Origin: Bacillota bacterium
GTDB taxonomy: Bacteria; Bacillota; Limnochordia; DTU080
DNA: 64,000 nucleotides
Reading direction: 5' to 3'
Assembly (NCBI GenBank): GCA_012840225.1
Contig: DULU01000052.1
Location: 20,483 to 84,482 of the forward strand
Positions 8,465 to 18,472 of the stretch are shown here, one piece after another. The notes beneath the pieces are model-generated. The model searched no databases, was not told where the DNA came from, and saw nothing but the letters and a program-made list of their open reading frames with translations. Each line of letters starts with the position of its first letter. The first letter of the stretch is position 1. Both the position numbers and the translations under genes were made by a program.

Positions 8465-9088
8465 ATGCCGGAGACGATTCCCGCACCTGAACTGATTGAA
8501 GCGGAGCTGCGGCAGTTGCGGGGAGTTATCGCTGTCCGGGTGGTTGTGTCAATGCAAAAAATAGAAGAAGTGCATGTTCTTGCCGATCGTACCAGGCCGG
8601 CCAAACAGATTGTGCGCGACATTGAGGCGGCTTGTGCCGCCCGCTTCAATTTGGATATCGACCACCGGAAGATCAGTGTAGCTCAGATAGAAGCCTCGCC
8701 TTCACCAGCTTTTTTTCGCTTATGCCTGGAAAGCGTGACCGTGGAGACGGGGCGCGACAATGCCACCGCCGTGGTCTGCATCTCGGCTCAAGGGGAAAAA
8801 TTTACAGGGAAGGCCACCGGTTTGGCCGCGCTGGTTCCCCTGGGAAAACTAGCCGCCTTGGCGGCGATCAATGCCGTGGATAATTATATGGCCGGGCAGA
8901 TGAGGTTGGAGTTAACCGATTTTGTCCCTTTCAGGCTGGCCGGCTGGTCGGGTTTTGTGGCGGTGGTGTCGGTGCTGCAGGGAGCCAGGGAAGAAAAAAT
9001 GATCGGTTGTGCCCTGCTGCACCGCAACGAACCGGAAGCCGGGGTAAAAGCGGTGCTGGATGCCATAAACCAGTATCTCCCGTCTTGA
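8465..9088 (+). CDS. Conserved hypothetical protein (two-domain, no recognised motif)
   Basis: Good RBS GGTGGGAGGA 7 nt before the ATG. Coding-like composition. Sits between hpf and secA. Confidence 0.5.
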   Translation: MPETIPAPELIEAELRQLRGVIAVRVVVSMQKIEEVHVLADRTRPAKQIVRDIEAACAARFNLDIDHRKISVAQIEASPSPAFFRLCLESVTVETGRDNATAVVCISAQGEKFTGKATGLAALVPLGKLAALAAINAVDNYMAGQMRLELTDFVPFRLAGWSGFVAVVSVLQGAREEKMIGCALLHRNEPEAGVKAVLDAINQYLPS

Positions 9089-9095
9089 GCCGTTC

Positions 9096-9125
9096 TTGTC
9101 CGCATTTACCCGTCATGTTATAATC
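9096..9125 (+). promoter_or_regulatory. Putative secA promoter with extended -10 (TTGTCC-N18-TGtTATAAT)
   Basis: -35-like TTGTCC at 9096 and TGTTATAAT at 9117-9125, followed by a small GC hairpin plus T6 before the secA start. Confidence 0.4.
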
Positions 9126-9204
9126 AATTTGGTTTAAACTGCACGACTTAGCCGGGCGCGGTAACCAGCCCCGGTTTTTTAAATGCTTGCCGGGAGGGTG
9201 AGCG

Positions 9205-12030
9205 ATGCTTGGTTTTCTGAAAAGAATGGTTGATACCAATACAAAAGAAGTGCGCCGCCTGACGGAAAGAGCTCAAGCCATCACGGCTCTGGAACCTGAG
9301 ATCAAAAAGCTCACCGACGACGAGTTGCGGGCTAAGACCGGCCAGTTTAAGGAAAGGTTGGCCAGAGGTGCCGGTCTGGATGATATACTGGACGAGGCCT
9401 TTGCCGTGGTGAGGGAGGCGGCACAGCGCACCATCGGCCAGCGGCATTTCGATGTGCAGCTGATGGGCGGCATCGTCCTGCATGAAGGGCGCATCGCCGA
9501 GATGAAGACCGGCGAAGGGAAAACCTTGGTCTCCACCTTGCCGGTTTACCTCAATGCCTTGGCCGGCCGCGGGGTGCATGTGGTCACCGTCAACGACTAC
9601 CTGGCCCGCAGGGACTCCGAATGGATGGGGCATATCCACAAGTTCCTGGGTCTCTCGGTAGGTTGCATCCTTCATCACCTGGATTACGCCCAGCGGAAGC
9701 AAGCCTATGCCTGTGATATCACCTACGGCACCAACAATGAGTTCGGCTTCGACTACCTGCGGGACAATATGGTCCTCCACCCTGAGCAGCGGGTGCAGCG
9801 GGAGCTTTATTATGCCATCGTCGACGAGGTGGACTCCATCTTGATCGACGAAGCCCGCACCCCCCTGATCATTTCCGGGGCAGCGGAAGAGTCGACGGAG
9901 CATTACTACAAATTTGCCAAGCTGGTGCCCAGGCTGCAGAGGGATGTGGACTACACCGTCGATGAGAAGACCCGCCAGGTGGCCATCACCGAGGAAGGTG
10001 TGGAGAAGCTGGAGCGCTGGCTGGGTGTGAACATGTTTGACGAGACGCACTTTGAGCTGACGCATTACATGCAGCAGGCGCTCCGCGCTCACTGCCTTTA
10101 CCAGCGGGACCGGGATTATGTGGTGAAAGACGGCCAGGTGATCATCGTCGATGAGTTTACCGGCCGGCTGATGTTCGGCCGCCGCTATGGCGACGGGCTG
10201 CATCAGGCTATTGAAGCCAAGGAGAATGTGCGCATCGAGCGGGAGACCCAGACTCTGGCCTCCATCACTTTCCAGAACTATTTCCGCATGTATCGGAAGC
10301 TGGCGGGCATGACCGGTACGGCGGAGACTGAGGAGGCGGAATTCCGGAAGATCTACGGCATGGACGTGGTGGTGATCCCCACCAATATGCCTATGATCCG
10401 TGAGGATCTCCCCGATCTGGTCTATAAGACCGAGAAGGGCAAATTTGAGGCGGTGGTCGAGGAGATCAACAGGCTCTATGAGGAAGGCCGGCCGGTGCTG
10501 GTCGGTACCATCTCCATCGAGAAGTCGGAAAGGCTGTCGGAGATGCTGAAGCGGCGGGGCGTGCCGCACCGGGTGCTGAACGCCAAGCACCATGAGATGG
10601 AAGCGGAGATCATCGCCCAGGCCGGGAGGTATAAAGCGGTGACCATCGCCACCAACATGGCGGGCCGAGGCACGGACATCGTTCTGGGCGGCAACCCGGA
10701 ATACCTGGCCAAACAGCGCCTGCGCGCCGAGGGGGTGCCGCCGGAGATCCTGGCCGAGCTGACCGAGCACACCAGGTCGAACAATCCCGAGGTGCTCACC
10801 GCCAAGGAAAAATATATGAAATATTATAAGGAAATCAAGGCGGAGACCGACAAGGAACGGGAGAAGGTGCTCGCGCTCGGCGGCCTGATGATCATCGGCA
10901 CCGAGAGGCATGAGAGCCGGCGCATCGATAACCAGTTGCGCGGGCGCAGCGGCCGCCAGGGCGACCCGGGGGCTTCCCGCTTTTATGTTTCTCTCGAGGA
11001 TGATCTGATGCGCCTCTTCGGTTCCCAGCGCATCGCCGGGCTGATGGACCGCCTGGGCTGGCAGGACGACCAGCCGATAGAGCACAAGCGTATCACCAAG
11101 TCCATCGAGACCGCCCAGCGCAAAGTGGAATCCTATTATTTCGATATCCGCGAGCAGGTGCTCAAATATGACGATGTGCTGAACAAACAGCGGGAAGTAG
11201 TCTACGAGCTGCGGCGCAAAGTGCTGATGGGTGAGGATGTGCACCAGCGGGTCCTGGAAATGCTGGGGGATGTGGTGAAGAAGCTGGTGCAGAAGTTCTG
11301 TCCCGAAAAGGTCCATGCTGATGAGTGGGACTTAAGCGGCCTGGTGGAGAGCTTCCATGAGCTGATCGCCGCCGACACCGGCCTCACTGCGGCGGACCTG
11401 GCCGAAGCCGACCGGACGCAGGTGCAGGAGATTTTGACCGGTAAGGCACGCTCGGCCTATGAAGCCAGGGAGACCACCCTCGGCGCCGAGCATCTGCGGG
11501 AGCTGGAGCGGCTCGTCATATTGCACTTCATCGATCTCAGATGGATGGATCACCTGCGCAATATGGACGATCTGCGGGAAGGGATTGGGCTCAGGGCCTA
11601 TGCCCAGAAAGATCCGTTGCTGGAATACCAGTTTGAGGGCTTTCAGATGTTCCAGGCCATGATGGACTCGCTATATGAGGGAGTTTTACGCTACCTCTTC
11701 CGGGTGCAGATCACCCAGGACGGCAAGGACAAAAGCGCCGGCGGGCGACGGGCGGTGCTGGGCGGCAGCCGGGCCGGGCGCCATCCCCTGGCTGCTCAGA
11801 CCAATCGGAGCGGGGACGGCAGCGGCAGCGGGGGCGGTTTTGCGGCCGGCGGCATGGCCGGGACAGGCACCATGGCCGGGGCCGGTGGTATGGCCGGCAG
11901 CCCGGGCGGTGCCGGGAGCGGCGGAGGCGGCGTCAATCAGCCGCGGCGGGCTCCGGCAAAGGTGGGCCGGAATGATCCGTGCCCCTGCGGCTCGGGTAAG
12001 AAGTACAAAAAGTGTTGCGGGGCCAACTGA
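9205..12030 (+). CDS. secA: Preprotein translocase ATPase SecA
   Basis: Full-length SecA motifs (DEAD motor, MAGRGTDI, C-terminal zinc-binding [14 protein letters not shown]). Contains an unusual Gly-rich insertion just before the zinc motif. Confidence 0.95.
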   Translation: MLGFLKRMVDTNTKEVRRLTERAQAITALEPEIKKLTDDELRAKTGQFKERLARGAGLDDILDEAFAVVREAAQRTIGQRHFDVQLMGGIVLHEGRIAEMKTGEGKTLVSTLPVYLNALAGRGVHVVTVNDYLARRDSEWMGHIHKFLGLSVGCILHHLDYAQRKQAYACDITYGTNNEFGFDYLRDNMVLHPEQRVQRELYYAIVDEVDSILIDEARTPLIISGAAEESTEHYYKFAKLVPRLQRDVDYTVDEKTRQVAITEEGVEKLERWLGVNMFDETHFELTHYMQQALRAHCLYQRDRDYVVKDGQVIIVDEFTGRLMFGRRYGDGLHQAIEAKENVRIERETQTLASITFQNYFRMYRKLAGMTGTAETEEAEFRKIYGMDVVVIPTNMPMIREDLPDLVYKTEKGKFEAVVEEINRLYEEGRPVLVGTISIEKSERLSEMLKRRGVPHRVLNAKHHEMEAEIIAQAGRYKAVTIATNMAGRGTDIVLGGNPEYLAKQRLRAEGVPPEILAELTEHTRSNNPEVLTAKEKYMKYYKEIKAETDKEREKVLALGGLMIIGTERHESRRIDNQLRGRSGRQGDPGASRFYVSLEDDLMRLFGSQRIAGLMDRLGWQDDQPIEHKRITKSIETAQRKVESYYFDIREQVLKYDDVLNKQREVVYELRRKVLMGEDVHQRVLEMLGDVVKKLVQKFCPEKVHADEWDLSGLVESFHELIAADTGLTAADLAEADRTQVQEILTGKARSAYEARETTLGAEHLRELERLVILHFIDLRWMDHLRNMDDLREGIGLRAYAQKDPLLEYQFEGFQMFQAMMDSLYEGVLRYLFRVQITQDGKDKSAGGRRAVLGGSRAGRHPLAAQTNRSGDGSGSGGGFAAGGMAGTGTMAGAGGMAGSPGGAGSGGGGVNQPRRAPAKVGRNDPCPCGSGKKYKKCCGAN

Positions 12031-12062
12031 AGATATCATGGCAGCACAGAGGGGGAATAGGC

Positions 12063-13170
12063 TTGGTTGAACTGAACGACATAAGAGACGGCCTGGACGA
12101 GTTGAATAAAAAGATCACCCAGATGGGTGATTATCTTTGACATAGAAGGCACGAAGAAACAACTGGCCGTCCTGGAAGAGAAGATGGGTGCCGGCGATTT
12201 CTGGCAAAATCCGGACGAGGCCAAGAAGGTAACCAAGGAAGCGAGCTTCCTGAAAGACAGGCTCACCTCCTGGACGGAGGTGAAGCAGCAGCATGACGAC
12301 CTGGCCGTCCTATTCGACCTGGCGGTTGAGGAAAACGACGAGAATTCGTTAAGCGAAGTGGCCACGGCGCTCGCCGACCTGCGGAACACAGTGGCCCGGC
12401 TGGAGCTTGCCACCTTGCTCAACGGCGAATTCGACAACGCCAACGCCATCATTTCCATTCATCCTGGGGCCGGGGGCACCGAATCCCAGGACTGGGCGGA
12501 GATGTTGCTGCGCATGTATACCCGCTGGGCCGAGGAGCACCGCTATGAGGTGGAGATGCTCGACTACCAGCCCGGTGATGAGGCGGGTATCAAGAGCGTC
12601 TCTTTCCTGGTGTCCGGTCCTTATGCTTATGGCTATCTCAAGGCCGAGAAAGGAGTGCACCGCCTGGTGCGCATATCGCCCTTCGATGCCTCGGGGCGGC
12701 GGCACACTTCCTTTGCCTCCATCGATTGCCTGCCGGAAATCGCCGACGATATAGAAATCGAGATCGACCCGGCAGACCTGAAGATCGATACCTACCGCTC
12801 CAGCGGGGCCGGCGGGCAGCATGTCAACAAGACCGAATCGGCTATCAGGATCCTGCATATTCCCACCGGCATCGTGGTCACCTGCCAGTCCGAGCGCTCG
12901 CAGCACTCCAACCGGGAGGCGGCCATGAAGATATTGCGGGCCAAACTTTATGAAAAGCAAAGGGAGGAACAGCGGCAAAAATTGGAGGATCTGCGCGGCG
13001 AACAGCGGGAGATCGCCTGGGGCAGCCAGATTCGCTCCTATGTCTTTTGCCCCTATACCATGGTGAAAGATCACCGCACCAATGCCGAAACCGGCAACGT
13101 GCAGGCGGTGATGGACGGTGATCTGGATATGTTCATCGAGGCCTATCTGCGTTGGCAGGCTTCCCAATAA
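12063..13170 (+). CDS. prfB: Peptide chain release factor 2 with programmed +1 ribosomal frameshift
   Basis: Frame 0 from TTG 12063 (RBS AGAGGGGGAA) encodes LVELNDIRDGLDELNKKITQMGDYL then TGA at 12138 within the classic CTT TGA C shift site. The +1 frame continues DIEGTKKQLAVLEEK... through the RF2 domains (SPF, GGQ-type NKTESAIRILH) to 13170. Mirrors the E. coli/B. subtilis prfB recoding site. Confidence 0.85.
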
Positions 13171-13205
13171 TTTCTATAAACGGCGGGAGGGAAGAGCACC
13201 GGTTT

Positions 13206-13973
13206 ATGGCCAAAATATGGAAACTGGTGAAAATAGCTTTGGTGCTGCTTTTGCTTGTGGCCGCCGTTTTGGCCGGGAGCCAGTATTATTTGCCTCTGGT
13301 GCTGGAGAGGAGCCTGGAGGAGAGCATTTTGGCAGCGGTGGATGAGGCGGAGTCGGTGCGGGTGGAGATCGAGGCTTTCCCGGCCCTGCTTCTTTTGACC
13401 GGGCGCATTCCCTCTCTTTCGCTGGATGTGCGACAGGCGGTGTTCAACGGCCTGAATGTCGAAGCTTTCCTGGTGGACGGCGAGAATATCGTCGTTGATC
13501 TGCCCAAGTTGCGCCAGGGTGAGGGACTGGAAATCAAGAAGGCCGATTCCATGCGGGTTTCGGCGGTGGTGGCCGAAGCCGATCTGAATGCCTATTTTGC
13601 CAAGGAATCCGGGGACAGCGGGGTGAACATCCAGCTCGGGCCGGAGACGAGCACGGTCAACGGTAATCTGAGCGTGCTCGGGCAGAAAATCCAGCTTTCC
13701 GTGAAAGGGCATTTCCAGGTGATCGCGCCGGCGAGCGTGGCCTTCGTCATCGACGACATATTGGTGGCGCAGGCCCGGCTGCCGAGATTCATTACCGACC
13801 CGCTGGCCGGCAAATTTGCCGTCACCATCGACTTGGCGGACTCACCTATACCGCTGGAGATCCGCGATATCCGCGTCGCCGATCAGCGCTTATATATCTA
13901 CGGCCAGAGGCCGGCTCATCTGGTAAACAGCAATAATGCGAAAGGTAGGTCCACGAGAGAGCCGGCCGATTAG
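13206..13973 (+). CDS. Membrane-anchored DUF2993 (LmeA-like) family protein
   Basis: N-terminal TM helix (IALVLLLLVAAVLAG) followed by a beta-rich repeated region. RBS GGGAGGGAAG lies upstream. Confidence 0.5.
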   Translation: MAKIWKLVKIALVLLLLVAAVLAGSQYYLPLVLERSLEESILAAVDEAESVRVEIEAFPALLLLTGRIPSLSLDVRQAVFNGLNVEAFLVDGENIVVDLPKLRQGEGLEIKKADSMRVSAVVAEADLNAYFAKESGDSGVNIQLGPETSTVNGNLSVLGQKIQLSVKGHFQVIAPASVAFVIDDILVAQARLPRFITDPLAGKFAVTIDLADSPIPLEIRDIRVADQRLYIYGQRPAHLVNSNNAKGRSTREPAD

Positions 13974-13984
13974 GGAGGTGGCCC

Positions 13985-16393
13985 TTGCTGCACCGGCTGA
14001 GCTTCCGTTATCTCTATCTTGTGCTCGCTTTGACCTTACTCGTCGCCCTGCAGCCGCTCGTGGCCAGATGGCAGAGGGAAACAGCAGCCAGGTCGGTGGC
14101 CATGGTGGTAGATTATTATGCCTTTGAGCAGTTGGCGACGATCTACGGTTTGGACCGGGCGGAGCTGTGGCCAGAGCTGCGGGGGGCCGGCGTGTGGGGA
14201 GCGGCGCTGGGTGAGTTGACCTTGAACAAAGCGGCGGCTAGGGGGTATCTGCAGCTTCTCCAGGGCGGGGAGGTGCAACCTGTCCTGCGGGCCGGCGGCT
14301 GTGCCGCTTGCCGGGTAAATGAGGCGGCCGTCTATGTGCTTTGGTGGGAAGGTGGGCCGACGCCGCCTTGGCTCGTGGATTCTCTGCGGCGGCATGTGGC
14401 TGCGGGGGTGAAGGAGATCTTTCCTTTACCTGCCGATGCCGCTGCCGCTGCCGGTGCCGCTGCCGCTGCCGGTGCCGGTGCTGCTACCGCTGCCGCTGCC
14501 GATGTCGGTGAAGAGGGACTGGTGATCAGGGAAGTATCGCCTGTGCCCGTTGGACTTGCGCTGTCTGCCACACCGTTGGCCCCGGCGGCTGATTTGCCGT
14601 CGGCCTCGCCGCTGGCCTCGCCGCCGGCTGCTCTACCGGAGGCGCCTCTCACCACTGCCTTGCTGGCCGGGCTGGGTTTGGGTCTGGCCCCGGAAGATGT
14701 GGCGGCCATCCGGGCGGCCGGACTGGTGGTGGTGCCGCGTTTTGCTCACCATCCGACCATCACGGCGGCACAGGTGGCCTTCCGCCTGAAGCAACTGGAT
14801 GAACTGGACTTGACGGGACCGCTCATCTTTGCCGGAGTGCAGCTCCCAGGTTACCCGGCGACCACCGCCCTCTGGACTGAAGGATTGGCCGGGCGCCCCA
14901 ATCCGGTCGGCTTGATCGAATTTGCCAGGCAGCCCGGCACCGCTGCCGTAGTCGAAGGTCATGACCTGTTGGCGGTCCGGGTTCATTCCATCACTCCCGC
15001 CGAGATGGCGACCATCGATATCGATACAGCCATAGCCCGCTTCTGGCGCGCCGTGCGGGAAAGAAACATCCGCCTGCTCTACATACATCCCATCCCTCCC
15101 GAGCATCCGCTGGTGGCGGCGCGGGCGGCGGCCATAGCAGCGGAAGCGGGGACGGATACGAGGCCGGAAACGAGGGTTGAATCGGAGGGGGAAACGGGAC
15201 CGGACCAGCCTCCGGTGATCATCTCTCCGGCGGCTTATGCGGCGGCGCTGGTGGAGATCAACACCGCCTATATTGCCCGGTTGGCTGCCGAACTCAAGGC
15301 GGCAGGTTTCCGGTTGGGTCCTCCCAGCACCTTCCAGCCATACAGCGTACCGCAGGTGGTTTTGCTCCTTTTGACCATCGGGGTGGGGCTGGCCGGAGCT
15401 GCTTTGGCAAAGTTATTGCGGGCGCCGCGGTGGGTTTATATACCGGTCGTGTTGCTCGCTGTAGCAGCCGCAGGCCTGGCTCCCCTCCTGGGCTACGATA
15501 TCTTCATTAAGCAAACTGTCGCTTTGGCCGCCGCCATCATCTTTCCCAGCCTGGCGGTGTTAAGCGTGGTTCCGGGAGAGGCCCGGAAAGCGGGAACCGG
15601 AGAGAAGAAGGTGGGAGGAAGCGGAGAGACGGATACCGGCGGGAAGGCGGGGAGATCCCTCTCAGGCCACTGGCTCTTTCTTTACTGCCGGGCGGCCCTA
15701 TTTTCGCTGGTCGGCGGTCTCATCGTGGCGGCGGTGCTGGCCGATACCCGTTTCCTCTTGCAGCTCTCCCAATTTTTAGGTGTCAAGCTGGCGCATATCG
15801 CTCCACCGCTCATCGTCCTTGTGGCCTTTTTCCTACATTGCTGTTCCTTCTCCGCGGCGGTGGACCGGAGGCGGCTTTTTCCCGGTATCAAGGACATGAG
15901 AGGCCGGGTGAAGGAGTGGCTTCTGCAGCCCATTCCCCTGTTTTATGCCCTCGGGTTGGGTGCCGTAGTCGTAGGCGGCTTCGTTTACATCCTGCGCACA
16001 GGGAATCAGGCGTTGCCGGTCGGCGGATGGGAGCAAGCTTTGCGGCAATGGCTGGAAGAGGTGCTTCTGGTGAGGCCCCGCACCAAAGAGATCCTCTTCG
16101 GTCACCCGCTTTTGGTAGCGGCTCTGGCGTCGCGTCCGGCAGTGCGGGCGATGGGGGAACGGGCATCTGCCGCCGGCTGGCTTTTAGCCGGTGCGGCAGT
16201 GGGCCAGCTATCCATGGTGAACAGCTTCTCCCATATTCACACGCCGCTTTTGATCAGCTTGTGGCGCACCTTTCTCGGACTGGCCGTAGGGTTGCTGGTG
16301 GGCTATCTGGTGGTGAGACCTATTATTACCTGGCTTTGGAGCCTGAGCTCAGGCGGAGACGGGAAAGTCGGGGATGGAAAACAGCATGTTTAA
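13985..16393 (+). CDS. Large polytopic membrane protein, DUF5693-like (csaB-associated)
   Basis: Multiple TM segments and an Ala/Gly low-complexity tract. Located directly upstream of, and overlapping, csaB, as DUF5693 proteins are in Firmicutes. TTG start with RBS AGGGAGGTG. Confidence 0.55.
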   Translation: MLHRLSFRYLYLVLALTLLVALQPLVARWQRETAARSVAMVVDYYAFEQLATIYGLDRAELWPELRGAGVWGAALGELTLNKAAARGYLQLLQGGEVQPVLRAGGCAACRVNEAAVYVLWWEGGPTPPWLVDSLRRHVAAGVKEIFPLPADAAAAAGAAAAAGAGAATAAAADVGEEGLVIREVSPVPVGLALSATPLAPAADLPSASPLASPPAALPEAPLTTALLAGLGLGLAPEDVAAIRAAGLVVVPRFAHHPTITAAQVAFRLKQLDELDLTGPLIFAGVQLPGYPATTALWTEGLAGRPNPVGLIEFARQPGTAAVVEGHDLLAVRVHSITPAEMATIDIDTAIARFWRAVRERNIRLLYIHPIPPEHPLVAARAAAIAAEAGTDTRPETRVESEGETGPDQPPVIISPAAYAAALVEINTAYIARLAAELKAAGFRLGPPSTFQPYSVPQVVLLLLTIGVGLAGAALAKLLRAPRWVYIPVVLLAVAAAGLAPLLGYDIFIKQTVALAAAIIFPSLAVLSVVPGEARKAGTGEKKVGGSGETDTGGKAGRSLSGHWLFLYCRAALFSLVGGLIVAAVLADTRFLLQLSQFLGVKLAHIAPPLIVLVAFFLHCCSFSAAVDRRRLFPGIKDMRGRVKEWLLQPIPLFYALGLGAVVVGGFVYILRTGNQALPVGGWEQALRQWLEEVLLVRPRTKEILFGHPLLVAALASRPAVRAMGERASAAGWLLAGAAVGQLSMVNSFSHIHTPLLISLWRTFLGLAVGLLVGYLVVRPIITWLWSLSSGGDGKVGDGKQHV

Positions 16394-17555
16394 CCTGGTG
16401 CTCGCCGGCTACTTCGGTTTCGGCAATGCTGGAGATGAAGCTCTGCTTGCCGGGTTGTTATCCGGTATCAATAAAGCGGTGGCAGCCGGTTCCCTGACCG
16501 GCTGCCGTATCCGACCGGTGGTGCTTTCAGCCAAGCCGGAAGAGACACGGAAACTGCATGGGGTGGCGGCCGTCGACCGCCACCATCCGGCTGCCATATG
16601 GCAGTCTCTGGCGAAGGCGGATGCCTTCTGGCTGGCGGGAGGCGGCCTTCTGCAGCAGGCCACCAGCCGGCGCAGCATTTACTACTATTTGGGCCTGTTG
16701 GCCTTGGCCCAAGCCCATGCCTTGCCTACCTGCCTTTTCGCCCAAGGCGTCGGTCCGCTGAAGACTTCCGGCGCCGCCGTTCTTCTGCGCATATTGCTCC
16801 CAAGATGCTGTGGCATTTGGGTGAGAGATGATCTATCCCGGAGGGTGTTGCTGGAGGTATTCGGCGAACGGCACCGGAGGGGGCCGCAGATCCAGGTGAC
16901 CGGCGATCCGGCCTTCCTTCTGCCGCCGGCCATGGAGGGCGGGGAAGAGGAGAGAGAAAAGGCGCCCGGAGAAAGAATAGCTGCCGGAGGGTCGCGCTGG
17001 GTGGTGGCCTGCCGTTCCTGGCGGGAGGAACAAGGGTGGAGCGGGCGCTTGGCTGCCGGCTTGGCTGAGGCGGCCAAAACCGGAGGGGCCGCGCTTCAGC
17101 TCCTCGCCATGCAGCCGGAGCAGGACCTGCCGTTTAACCGGCAGCTGGCGGCGGCGCTGCAGGATAGGGGCGCTCAAGTTCATCTCCTTCCCCCGCCGCC
17201 GGATTTCCGCCGGGTAATAATGCACATTGCCGGGGCGGATTTAGTGATAGCCATGCGCCTTCATGCGCTGATCATGGCGGCCGGAGCCGGGGTGCCGGCC
17301 GTGGCGGTGAGCTATGATCCCAAGGTGGATGCCCTGGCGAAAGATCTGGCTATTCCGCTCGTCTCTATTGGGGCACTTAAAGCCGCAGAGGGAGACCATT
17401 TGCTGAGTGCCGTGATCTGCCGGGCGGAAGCCGAAGAGCGTTCCGGGGGCGGGACGGCGACGGCAAGGAAGGAGATGGCCGCCAGGCTCCAAAAGCAGGT
17501 GGCGGCCGATTTGGTGGAGGCGCTCGCAGTATGCGGAGTGAGAAAGAAAGAATAA
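16374..17555 (+). CDS. csaB: Polysaccharide pyruvyl transferase CsaB
   Basis: N-terminal MFNLVLAGYFGFGNAGDEALLAGLL matches the CsaB/PvcB pyruvyl-transferase family. Confidence 0.8.
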   Translation: MENSMFNLVLAGYFGFGNAGDEALLAGLLSGINKAVAAGSLTGCRIRPVVLSAKPEETRKLHGVAAVDRHHPAAIWQSLAKADAFWLAGGGLLQQATSRRSIYYYLGLLALAQAHALPTCLFAQGVGPLKTSGAAVLLRILLPRCCGIWVRDDLSRRVLLEVFGERHRRGPQIQVTGDPAFLLPPAMEGGEEEREKAPGERIAAGGSRWVVACRSWREEQGWSGRLAAGLAEAAKTGGAALQLLAMQPEQDLPFNRQLAAALQDRGAQVHLLPPPPDFRRVIMHIAGADLVIAMRLHALIMAAGAGVPAVAVSYDPKVDALAKDLAIPLVSIGALKAAEGDHLLSAVICRAEAEERSGGGTATARKEMAARLQKQVAADLVEALAVCGVRKKE

Positions 17556-17617
17556 GCGGCGAAGCTGCCGCTCGGACGCCTCCAGGGGAGGATGTGGCCT
17601 GGGAACGGGATGCACCT

Positions 17618-18445
17618 ATGGGGCGGGAGAGAACTTTTGAGCGGGATGCGGCCCTGGTTCTGGGGGTGGCGGTCCATCGCGTCGATCAGGCAGGAGCAGG
17701 CGACTTTGTTGCGCGCCTCGTGGAACGCAGGCGGGAGGCACTCCGCCGGGATGGCGGGGAAGCGGGCTGCTCTGCCATACAAACGGCTCACATTGTCACC
17801 GCCAATAGCGAACTGGTGATGAAAGCCGCTGCCGACAGAGAGGTCGGGGAGATACTGGCAGCTGCCGATCTGGTTGTGGCCGACGGCATCGGGGTGGTGT
17901 GGGCTGCCGGTTTTCTCGGCACTCCTTTGCCGGGCCGGGTGGCCGGGATAGATCTGGCCTTTGCCCTGATCAGGCTCGCGGCGGCGAGAGGATGGCGGGT
18001 GTTTCTCCTCGGCGGGGAGCCGGGAGTGGCGGCAGAGGCGGCGGCTTTTTTGTGCCGCAGGTTCCCAGACCTCCTCGTATCAGGCACACATCATGGCTAT
18101 TTCTCCCCGGTGGAAGAGGAGCAGGTGCTGCGGCAGATTGCCGATAGCCGCTCCGACCTCTTGCTCGTGGCTATGGGAGCGCCGAGGCAGGAGCGCTGGA
18201 TCGCCGCTCACCGCCGGCAATTGGGGGCGGCGGTGGCTATTGGGGTGGGCGGCAGCTTCGATATCTGGGCCGGACGGAAGCGGCGGGCGCCGTTATGGCT
18301 GCAAAGATGCGGGCTGGAATGGGCTTATCGCCTCGCCCGCGAGCCGGCGAGGATTTGGCGCATGTCCGCTTTGCCCCGCTTTGTTCTTGCCGTGCTGCGG
18401 CAGAAATGGCAAATAGGCGGAGGTGGCCGGGGAAAGGATAAGTGA
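17618..18445 (+). CDS. tagA: WecB/TagA/CpsF family glycosyltransferase (N-acetylmannosaminyltransferase-like)
   Basis: LGVAVHRVDQAGA...IVTANSELV...LVVADGIGVVWAAGFLG...FLLGGEPGVA...LLLVAMGAPRQERWI is the TagA family pattern. Start chosen at an internal ATG. Confidence 0.7.
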   Translation: MGRERTFERDAALVLGVAVHRVDQAGAGDFVARLVERRREALRRDGGEAGCSAIQTAHIVTANSELVMKAAADREVGEILAAADLVVADGIGVVWAAGFLGTPLPGRVAGIDLAFALIRLAAARGWRVFLLGGEPGVAAEAAAFLCRRFPDLLVSGTHHGYFSPVEEEQVLRQIADSRSDLLLVAMGAPRQERWIAAHRRQLGAAVAIGVGGSFDIWAGRKRRAPLWLQRCGLEWAYRLAREPARIWRMSALPRFVLAVLRQKWQIGGGGRGKDK

Positions 18446-18472
18446 TAAGCAAAGATATCCGAAGGGCAGAAG

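Noticed and set aside
9148-11316. 722-aa ORF on the minus strand across secA
   Set aside because: It lies entirely antisense to the well-supported secA gene. Long antisense ORFs are expected in high-GC DNA. It has no RBS or motif and a repetitive Leu/His/Gln-rich translation.
12127-13170. Calling prfB as starting at GTG 12127
   Set aside because: That start would omit the conserved RF2 N-terminus. The upstream frame with TTG 12063 plus the CTT TGA C recoding site gives the canonical full-length RF2, so the frameshifted model was preferred.
15838-16497. 219-aa alternative-frame plus-strand ORF inside the DUF5693 gene and csaB start
   Set aside because: It overlaps two well-supported genes in another frame and has an Arg/Gly-rich low-complexity translation.
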